A stretch of 64,000 nt of DNA from Trichoplax adhaerens (lineage: Eukaryota > Animalia > Placozoa): the NCBI RefSeq assembly GCF_000150275.1, contig NW_002060947.1, forward strand, positions 2,841,740 through 2,905,739. Direction: 5' to 3'. Below, piece by piece: positions 53,601 to 64,000 of the stretch (position 1 is the stretch's first letter; each line of letters starts with the position of its first letter). Position numbers and translations under genes: made by a program. The notes under the pieces are model-generated. The model ran no database searches, was not told the DNA's origin, and was given only the letters and a program-made list of their open reading frames with translations.

Positions 53601-56600
53601 ATCTTGTAGTATTAACAGTGTTACAGTGTGTTTTAAGAAATGATAATGAATGTTTCACTTATTTACACTCTTTCAAAACTGGAATATTCTATATCAGGAG
53701 TCAGATATCTGAGAAAAATAATGAAGGATACAATAATTGTTAAAAAATACCGTTTAATAATGCTTATAATAACCAAATACATGCCTTAATAGGTATTTGC
53801 CTTGTGCGGTACTATAATATCAGACAATCATTTAAAATTAAAAAATTATTCAACGTATCTAATTAATGTTGTAATATAAGTAATAATCTACCTGCAGAGG
53901 GAACAGATCTTAGTGGATCTAATTTGTATAAGTTCTAAAATCTTCTCACTAACTTTGGCCTTATCAATAGGGAAAATAGAGGATATGAATGAATCAGAGG
54001 AAGTAAACGGTATTATGTACAATGGCGAAGATGAAAATGATAACGAAAGCAATAATGAAATTAACAATGATAGTAGAACCTGGCAGAAACAAGATGGAAA
54101 CTTAGACGATTTGATTACAAGAAGTACTAGCTTTTCGCATAACAAGAATGATTACATACGCGATAGTTTCCGCGAAAAATCAAAACCCCTTACATCTGCT
54201 CGAAGTCGTCGCGGACAAATGATGTCAAAACAACGTGTTTCATCAACAAACGATAGTGTCTTCTCTGATTCGTTCGCATCAATGGATTCTAATTGTAGTA
54301 CAAGATTTTGTCGAGACGAAAGTAGTGAAGGATTTTATTCTTCCATTGATCACGACGGAAAATGTGATTCACCTCATAGCCATGCCCTTCCTAGTAATGG
54401 CGGAGCTATTAAAAGAATTGCATCTGCTGGTGAAAGATCTGACCTATCATCTTTTAAAGCTAACCGGCATTCATTTGCAGCCAGTAGTTTGAAAAATCGA
54501 ACAGGTTATTTTCTTGCCATTGTAATGGTAGCATTTACTACTATAAAACAAATACATTTATATACATCGCATATTTTAAATAGAATTTCGATCAAAAACG
54601 TAAATTTTTCTTCTTATATTGCTATAAGATTTACTTAAGCCTTCAATATAATAAATATGTAACTGTTATATTACGAACAGATTTAAGAAGAAAAGCGTTA
54701 TTAAGAGAGCGTTATCATGAAGGTAATTTCAGTTGCGATGATACAGAATCGCCAATGGGCTCTTTTGATAGCGATTATGCTGTAGAATCGCGCGATGAAG
54801 ATGCAACTACAACACAGAATGTTTTACTACGCAATAAAAATGTAGTTGTTTCTCAAATGTTAGAAGATGCTACAGGTAATAACTCTTAGTGATTATTTTT
54901 ATTATAGCTAACTAAACTTAATAATCTCTTTCCTTCTATATTTAGGCGTTTTTCAAAAAGTTTCAATTCGAAGGAATGAGAGATTAGAGGTAAGCGATAA
55001 GATAAAGATTTTTATAAACTCTTAAAAATTTTTTCAATTTATCTCAAATATTACAGAAAAGTGTGTAAACTAATTTAACACTTTCTAAATAAATTAGAAT
55101 ATAAAAGAACCAGAATTTCGTAAAAGTACCGAAAAATCTGATGAAGAGGATATCGAGACATACTTTCAAAAATATGCGACTCCACAACAACGGCGCCATT
55201 TGCAATTGGTGAGCAGTTTTTTGCCATATATTTGCATTTAGTACACAATATAATTTAAATGATGTTGATGGCAAAACTACAGTAGCTATTGCATAGATGA
55301 TTTAGTGTAAAAATATACTAGAGTCTAGTTGGACATACGTGTAGGCAGATATTTCATGCTTTGAAATAGTCTTAATTATTAAGATATAATCTACGCTACG
55401 AACTATTTTTAATAGCATTATAAGTACGGTAAGTTACTTTATCGGTACCGTTGGTAAATGTGGTCATTCATTGAGTACATTTATCGCATACCAAAAGCAG
55501 CAATTTAAGCAGTATCTTATGTAAGATGATAGTCATATTTCTACTTCAATTATATCTAACAACGGGTGTAAACATAATTTATCTTTACTTCTTAAATTAT
55601 ATTTAGACGAGGCAAAATAGTTTTGATAGTGATAATGGTTGTGGTATCGAGTCTGAAGAGGTTGAAATTAAAGGCGAAATCCTCTTTGGTCTTCGATACA
55701 ATAGAAAGAACAGCACATTAGAGATTGATGTTGATCGAGCTCGTGATTTGCCCGTTATATCAAAAAAGCACAAATGCAATGCGTAAGTTCCTTTACTATA
55801 TCAAAATTCTGGAAAATATGTGCAATACTAAGAAAAGCTATTATTAGCATTAGCCAAATATAACATAAAACTATCGACCTTCAAAGGTGCATAAATAGTG
55901 AAAAGATAATTAGGAATTAATTATGTAAAAATAATGTTTATCTCTAAAAGGCAGGCTTAATTTTAGGCAGTTAATAGCCTTCTTATGTTTATGTATTATT
56001 TAATCATGAAGGTCATTAATTGCAACTTTTCAATAGCTTAAATTGTTTCTTAAGAGTTTTAATCATTGTGATCCCATTCCATTCGACTATCTAGTTATAT
56101 CAAAACTTATTTCGTACCTGAAACGGGCAAAAATTCTAAAAGAAGAACCACGGTAAAAAAAGGAACTACAAATCCGCAGTATAATGAGACTTTAAAGGTA
56201 AATATTAACTTTAATGAGTGCAGAAAAGAAGACTTTAAATAAGCATGTAAATTTGTGTGATAATATTAAAATAGCTGGGTATTGAATGCATACTGTTATG
56301 ATATTCCTTAACTTTCAACCCTTGATTCTTTTGAAATATAGCTGTCAGGTTTATTCTTAAATTCTTCGTATCTTCTTACTAGTATAAAATATCTAGTGAC
56401 GACGAGATATCGAAGAAAATACTTGTTATCAGTATATGGCATCAAGATAAATACGTTCCCAAAAAACAATTTCTTGGCGAGGTTAGAGTCCCTATGTCTA
56501 GTCTACCACTTCTTGATCAGCAGCTTCCGAGATGGCATAAACTAAAGGTAGGATTTAGTTATCATGAATATTTAAAGTATCCGCCAAGGCTAAGTAAAAA

Positions 56601-56735
56601 AATCGGCCAAATCGATCATTTCTGTGTTTTTTTTATGTTTGTAGCAAAGTTTAATATTATTTTAAGGAAAATTCTCGAATATTTATTGTATATTTTTATT
56701 TTTTTGACGGTTTATATTAACAGAATCGAGAGTAA
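44629..56735 (+). CDS. Synaptotagmin-like (Slp/SYTL) Rab effector: Rab-binding domain with FYVE-type Zn finger and one C2 domain
   Basis: Exons 44629-44753, 47527-47754, 52806-52951, 53971-54504, 54681-54875, 54946-54989, 55098-55208, 55607-55782, 56095-56197, 56383-56547, 56724-56735. SHD1 LNLHQLNNEERNKILNVLER, Zn finger CSRC..CNRC..CQSC..CNVC, SGSW, and C2 KGEILFGLRY..YIKTY..NPQYNETLKY..FLGEVRVP..WHKL. The last exon is tentative. Confidence 0.85.
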
Positions 56736-58426
56736 CAAACTTGGATTGAATTCATCACATTTTACAACACATTACAGAAAACGTACCTTCTTAAAGAATT
56801 AAACCGGAACTATTTATTGAACTCGTTTACGTACTTCAAAATCAACTAATAATTTCATGCTTTTAACAACCTTCTTATATAGTATTATTACAGTAATTCA
56901 GCAAATCATATTCTTACTGAACAATATTCTGGAATGGGACGAAATTTCAGTCCGCAATTAATTGCTTATGGCTGTTTTTAATTATAAATAATTGCAATTT
57001 GTTTTTATGTTACAGCAATTTTTAAAAAATCTCTGCGATAGGTCATATCGTCTTTAGTATTTTTAACGTACTTTATTACGTAGTCATAAGTGCATTTGAG
57101 ATTCTTTTACGTTTTACTGCCTTTTCTACAACTAATTTAAAATGCATCCGATTACTGCGAAAAGTAGTTTTATGAGTAGAACACAGTAGAGTATTTAGAT
57201 AGAGGCTAAATAAATTATGATACGTAATATAAGATAACAGAAATTTGATATAGTGTTAAGTTGAGTTAGGTCATATTAGTAAGGACCTAAGATTATTCGA
57301 GCTGGAAATAACAGGTAAATCGAAAGGATTTGTTTTCTTAGTAATAAAGAGCACTAATAATGGTAATTGTATTATGACGACGCACTTGTTCTTTGGTAGA
57401 ATTCAATAGCTTTCAGTCAAAAGCATCGAGGTCAAGAGAAACTTCTCTTAGCTCTAAGAGCAAAACTTTATCTTAAGATTGCCTTGTATGCATACAGATC
57501 AGATATGATGTTGTTGCATTCGATTTTGCATTAAAAGTAAACAATTACAGTGATTATACTCATGAGCTACCAAATAAATTTCATGATCTGAATCATCTAA
57601 GAAATTAGAGAAGCGCAGTGAACTTTATGTTTCCTTACTGATCTATCCCTACCCACCTTGTTTAAATGGCACATAACTTCTTTATATATTTAGACATTTA
57701 CAATAACTAAGAAAGCACTTCTTCAAATACAAATCGTGATGCTCGATCGAAGCATTATTTGCTGTTTTTTAATTAATGCCTTGGATATCATAGACCTACG
57801 AGTTTATACCTTAGGAACGATGCTCTAAGTACCCCCAATATAATCGATGTTCCATTGGTATTTGTTCAATATATTACAAATGTACATACCAAACACCAAT
57901 GACGTATGATAATTGGTTGGACGTTAAAGGTTACCCTGATCGATTTTATGTGCAAAATCTAATACGAGAACACGATTAGGAGTTAATTTAAATTGACTAA
58001 ACCAGTTTCGAATGCATTTTGTGATGAAGTGTATTCTCAAAAATGAAGCAAAAAATTATAGTTTCTTATAAACTTCGCTTCATTACATGAGTCGGTTACG
58101 TCTAGCAACTGCCAAGGACTATCTCTCGAGTCCTAGACAATCCCTGAGGTATCTAAATCATTGATGCAAAATTTATGATTTATATATACAACTAGTTAAA
58201 GAATGATTTTCTTTCATTATAATCATTATCTTGCCAATTAAGTCACAAGATCAGATCTAAATCTACTATCGCGCTATATATTCTGTGCAAAATTCGCGCT
58301 TATAATATAGTCAAAGGGTGGCAACTCAATTGCAAAATTACGTAGAAGGCACTTGGACAATGGACATGAAACTCTATTCGGACGGTCGGACATACGCGCA
58401 ACTAATCAGTATCTCGGTATCTTAAC

Positions 58427-58588
58427 TGTACCGTACAGTACTGTACAGTACCCAGTACAGTACGGTAGAGAAGTTGAATACTGTACTGCACAGTGTACAG
58501 TGTAAGTATTCTAACCACTACGCAATCGCACATTTCCGAATATACTGTACAATACTGTACTGTAGTACAAATGTACCATACTGTACTG
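58427..58588. repeat. (GTAC[A/T])n array immediately upstream of YRDC
   Basis: CTGTACCGTACAGTACTGTACAGTACCCAGTACAGTACGG and similar runs, ending about 50 bp before the ATG at 58641. Confidence 0.8.
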
Positions 58589-58640
58589 AAATGAAAGTAG
58601 GATCAGTTGAATCAGCGCCGTGATTTGTCTGCCAACCTGC

Positions 58641-60377
58641 ATGCCCCGAATTCTACCATCTCAGTTTGCCACTGCAACTAAGCAAATTTTAGCCAAAAGA
58701 ACTATTATGAGAAAAATTATAAACCTAAAGGACTCTAAGGTAACTGATCTAACTCTAGTTTGTGGTATTAATGTACTCGTATGTATCGTACTCCTTGCTC
58801 AAACTGAAAGAGAAATACGATAACGAACCCTCGCTCTGTCCGTTACGCTACAGGGAGATACGTTGCATTTAAATCAATCAGTAAGAATAATTTTGCTTCG
58901 TTCGTGGTATGCCATAGGCGCAGTAGAGAGGTTGCACATCTATCGGCTGTTGCAATTATTGATTTTCTCTTTATTAATTTGATTATTTTACTTTGGAGTG
59001 AAGTATCATACATTAGAATCGTAGAAATTATTCTGCTACTGGTTTTACTAATGTACGCGTACTATACTTGAGTGTGCACTACGTATTTGTGGTGAGACCT
59101 TTCTGACTACATTGGCGAAGCTGACGGGTGTTTTCCATCTATCGACTGCACGAGAATTTATCGTTTTGCTAACGTGATATATATATATACGTTTAAAGAT
59201 TAGCTAGTTATGAATTTGACAAATACTTAACGTATAGTACCATCTTACATGGTGATCGGTACTTTAGATTCCAGCTAATAGCCAGAAAAAGTTTTAACTT
59301 TCGTTCCAAACAAAGCTGTTGATCTCGAATAGACATTGTACAATGTACAATATACGTGTATGGTACCGCCAATCTATATAAATTGAATGTAATTTATATA
59401 GAGAGCAATAAAGTATAGGAGAATATTGAATGGAATCTTATTTGCTGTTAGTCAGTACACGATCAAGTTACTCAGACAGCGGTTAGCGCAGCCAAGGAAA
59501 GTTTGCAAGCTGGCAACATTATTGCTTTACCTACTGATACTATCTATGGTATTGCTGCTTTAGCCCAGCTCCCTAATGCTGTCGATAAATTATACAATAC
59601 TAAAGGTCGTAGGAGAGATAATCCAATTTCTATCTGCGTAGGCGATGTTGCTGATTTAAAAAGGCAAGTACATTTACGTCCGTTTACTACTTATGATAAC
59701 CGAATTGATGATTAGAAATTGATTCTTTATTCATATATATTCGATGTATGTAATATAATTAATTGCTTTCTGCATAGATGGTGTTCGGTATGTGTTTGTG
59801 ATGCTCTTCTATACGATCTCCTACCTGGCCCGGTAACTTTGGTATTCCAACGCCATCCAGTTTTAAATCCTAAACTTAATCCTAATACAAATTTAGTTGG
59901 TATTCGTATTCCTGACTTTCCATTCATTCGAGAGGTCGCTAGAGCATGTGATCAACCATTAGCATTAACTAGTGCCAATAAAAGTCTTGCGCTTAGCAGC
60001 TTAGCCATTGATGAGTTTCAATCCCTTTGGGATCAGTTAGACGTTATCTTTGATGGTGGAAGAATTTCACAGAGTGGAGATGACCAGTCATCTCGTTTAG
60101 GATCAACTGTTATTAACTTGTCAGTGGAAGGATATTTTAAGATTATAAGGAAGGGAAGGTAGGGCTGTATAAAATATTATTTTTAAGAAATACAAAACTC
60201 GATTTCATTATTACTTATTGTGCTATAGTAACTAAGTTAGGCAATTATTATTAGATATACTAGTCAGCTTACGCATTAATCTATTCATGTGCAAATTATA
60301 GTGCCTTTGAAAATACGGTAAAGCTACTGGTAAATAAATACGGCTTAATAGAATTGATCGATAGCAAAGACAACTGA
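58641..60377 (+). CDS. YRDC: Threonylcarbamoyl-AMP synthase (YrdC/Sua5, t6A tRNA modification)
   Basis: Exons 58641-58739, 59452-59663 (GC donor), 59778-60158, 60302-60377. Motifs ALPTDTIYG, KGRRRDNP, LLPGPVTL, VGIRIPD, PLALTSAN and GSTVINLS. Confidence 0.93.
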
Positions 60378-62457
60378 GCTGATGCAAGACCTCAATGGTG
60401 AAGTGTAACATATGCAAAACCTTATTTAACACTAAGTTATATATCTTCCTTAATCGAATTGCCAAAATCTAAATAAAATCTTTTGGATTTGATATATTGT
60501 GTCGCATTTGGTTGGTATTGCACTATATTTTCTTGCTTGGTCGTGCCCATACAGTACAGCTGGTGTACTCTGTTTATTATCGGTTTCTGCGTAACAACGA
60601 ACTTATGGAAGTATCTATTGTATATACGTTGCACACAAGATCTAATATCAGCAGTAAAATAGATTTAATTGATACACGATTAATGAAGACAATCGTATAT
60701 CAAATTAGCTTGTACCTCGTCAAGAAAAACCTACTGCCTGTCAAGTTAAAGACTTCTAAATAATTAACAGTCATAACGTTACTATAATTGAATACTAATT
60801 CTATAGAAACTTTAACTGTTAGATTCGTTCGATCTTTGCAGTACTAAAATTAATCTTTGTTTCATAATTACCGTACTGCTGATTGTCTGAAAACCTAGCA
60901 TTTGCTCCTTAACACTTATGTCACAAAACAACTTTCGTGAACGTACCTAAACTAGTCTATCTACTCTTAAGGTTCCCCAACTAACTCCGGAGATCCTCAG
61001 TAAAGGAAAACTAACTTATTCCTATACCATAGACAACGAGTCCAACGATAGGTTTAGGTTATTAAATATTTTATTACCAGCTATTGCAACTTAGTACCAG
61101 TGTACTCTAGCGTAGCCTTCGTGGAACTCAGATTAAAAAGTAATGATCAAGCTTATATACAGTTTCATATATCACACAAATAAGATCGGTACTAATCTTT
61201 CACATTAAATTATAGAATGTGCAATACAGATCCATACAGGCTTACTATAGATTCGACTAGCTCGAGTGTTACTTATCACTTGTCACAAATTAATATTATT
61301 AATTGGCACCTTATTAACTAACATAATAATCTTTACAGCTTGACATCTTCGTTGCTAACACCATATCCACGCTGTATATTACTAGGATAATTAATAACAA
61401 AACTCAATTAACAACTAGGTTGTTGCCGAGATCGGCAACCTCCATAATAATATTGTTACACATTTTAGATCAAAATATTATTCATTTCGGAGCGAGCTCC
61501 GTCACAACTTATTTCGTGTGTTTGGTGGAATATTTTTGGGTAGAAATTTTGAGGATTGCGTTATGTGATAAGAATACATCCATACCTATTTCTTTTTTAT
61601 TATTTATATTTAAGAGCACATTTATTGAATTGGAAGGAGAAGATGTTTTTAAGATACAGTATATCAGTAAATTTTAGCTTAAATACATGATAAATAAAAA
61701 TCTAGCAATATTGTAACTGTGCTGTATCACACAGATTAGGAATTGATATTTGGATAGAATGTCCTCTTTTGTAAAAATTAAAATAAGTGACATACATGAA
61801 ATTTAAGATATAAATACTTTAAATCATAACTAAAAAGTATTATTTCCTGATATAATAAAGTATTACAGGATTTTAATTTGTATTCTTAGGCATACTTTGC
61901 TGATAATGGCATAGACGAGATTTAGCAAATTTTCACTTAGTGTTTATAATTCAAATTAATTCCTCAGATACGATAAACTGAATTAATTATAGACAGTTAG
62001 ACTCGGAATTATCCAACGTAGCACAATACCAAAATTGCTTTGCGATTGATATCATAATATGATTTTGAGAGCGTGAAATGTATTTTTACGTAAAATGTAA
62101 TGTATACAGCTGTTACATATTCTTTAGTTCGAAATTTTACTATCTCTCAAATTTATTATTGATAGTATGTTCCTGAAGATGAATTCTTAAAGGTTTGTAA
62201 TTATTGCAATTATCACTTTTTGCTTTCTCTAGTTAAATACATACATGTCTATTATTATATTTTGGAACTCTTCCGATCGTATTATTAGTTTATGTCTTAG
62301 CTATATTCATTAAATCAATTAAATTCATGCTAAGTTATATAGTATGCTGTACATATGAAATTCTTAACATTTGCAAGCTTGCTATAGCTTGTAAAGTGCA
62401 CTATTATTTAATTAATCATATTTTGCCCTTATTTTGTTAACCATTACATACGTACAA

Positions 62458-63926
62458 CTATGAACTAGTAGGATGATGAGTATCTTTCTTTGACGGGCGT
62501 TTGTGGCGATTTATGATACCTTTCTTATTCGGTTCAATTTTGCTGCTGGGAAGACTCTCATCACTAGCTTTCATTTTGTTATCGCTGTGTGTCTGAATTA
62601 ACTTTTTGGAAGATGCTATATGAAACTCTGATAGATCATTTGTTATACTTCTGTAGAGTTTCGTATGATATCGCTGAATTTTTGCTAGAGTAAGCTTAAA
62701 AGTAGCAGAAGCATAGCTCGGAATCTTTAATTTGATAGCTCTTGTTATACTTTCTTGACTTAAACCAAGCTTTTTGTGCATGGCTCTGATTATTTGTTTC
62801 TCAATATCTTTGGGAAGTGTAACTGAATCGTTAAGCATGTCCAGATGTTGCAGATTATTATTGCAGGAATTGCTTAGCCACTTATGTTTCCTAGCATTTG
62901 AAAGTGAAATTCTTTCTCTTGGGTCCACACTTAGAAATTTGAACATTAAATCGATCGCATCTGCCAAAAATAATGATAACTCGAAATAAAATTCTTGTCT
63001 GTCAAATTCTATTTTTATGCCTGTTTGATTTCAGTACCGTGTATTTAGCTTTTAAGTACTAATACTACTTGACAAACTAAGTGTAAAAAAATTTAAACAT
63101 AATTGTCAAGTTCATTATTATTATGATCATCTATGTATTGGATAAAAGATTTTGAGTAAGTGTAATTAGGTTTAATCATAGATTGTTATGCCTGACTTTT
63201 AGAAATTAAAAAATTTGAAGTAGCTAAATTCATTCAATCTATTCCTTAGAAGTGATTTATCTTCTCAAATTATATGTCAGGTTCTTTACTCTTAAAATAT
63301 ATAGTGCCTTATTCTTGGCGTAACAGACGCTAATAAATAAATCGAGTACCTTCAGAGAGACTGTCTGGAACGGGGTTGATTTGAAAACTCATGATCTTTT
63401 GATGAAGTTCTTTAATATCGGCTGATTGAGTAGTAAATGGCAGCGATGCTGTAAGCATAGCAAACATATCGACACCTCTGAAGAAAAATTGGCGATTATT
63501 TATAAAGGAGAAATTCAATTCCAAAATTGCGTTAAAACTGTTGAATTATGAGACTTCAAATAACTGTAATGCTAGAGATTACGCTCATGGTACGGTATGT
63601 AACAATAAAGCATGAATGGGCTAATTAAACTTAAATAAAATATTACTTACATACTCCATATGTCCGCTTTAGGACCATACTCATCAATTGCTAATAACTC
63701 TGGAGCTGTATAGGCTGGCGAACCGCATTGAGACTGACACAGTTTACGAATAAAGAATACATTGGCTTTTTCACGCCGAGTTTTCGTAAAAGTGCTAAGT
63801 CCAAAATCTGCAGTACCAAGATTAGTCAAGGATCTAAGGTTTGTAGTATGGATACTAATTCATATCTTACCAATAATTTTAATGCTATCATCTTCATCAA
63901 CTAGTATATTTTCAAGCTTTAAATCT
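62458..63926 (-). CDS. HUNK: HUNK-like (AMPK-related/CAMK) Ser/Thr kinase, 3' portion; 5' exons lie beyond the window
   Basis: Exons 63926-63871, 63807-63651, 63477-63350, 62960-62458 give RDLKLENIL, DFG, SQCGSPAYTAPELL, YGPKADIWSIGVDMFAMLTASLPFT and LHQKIM..INPVP, matching the HUNK pattern, followed by a UBA-like segment. The true 3' end is uncertain. Confidence 0.82.
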
Positions 63927-64000
63927 CTAGCACACGTATATCAAGATACAAATTATACCAAAAAGTTATCAAAAATCATTACAGGTCATAATTTGAAATA

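Noticed and set aside
61422-61439. GTTGCCGA-GA-TCGGCAAC palindrome (RFX X-box-like)
   Set aside because: The spacing is too long for an X-box, and it lies between two 3' ends with no other support.

Overview
AT-rich eukaryotic (animal) genomic DNA with short spliceosomal introns. The compact, intron-dense layout and gene set suggest an early-branching metazoan, plausibly a placozoan (inference, not proven). Nine protein-coding genes were rebuilt by hand: HTATSF1 (5' end outside the window), an AHR-family bHLH-PAS gene, CEP43/FGFR1OP with an unexpected EF-hand pair, two tandem EHD ATPases with intronless CDSs, PDHA1, a synaptotagmin-like Rab effector with one recognisable C2 domain, YRDC, and the 3' part of a HUNK-like kinase. 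The most striking non-coding signal is near gene starts. (GTAC[A/T])n arrays sit just upstream of CEP43, PDHA1 and YRDC and in the AHR 5' region. They co-occur with short non-autonomous inverted-repeat elements that have CA(G/T)(G/A)GAC-type termini and 7-bp GTAC-containing flanks, as in P/Galileo-like transposons. These include a 46-bp micro-element, two elements separated by exactly 7 bp, and a nested 39-bp hairpin insertion with an 8-bp target duplication. No tRNA, rRNA, CRISPR array or transposase gene was recognised. All exon coordinates are manual and unverified by transcript data.
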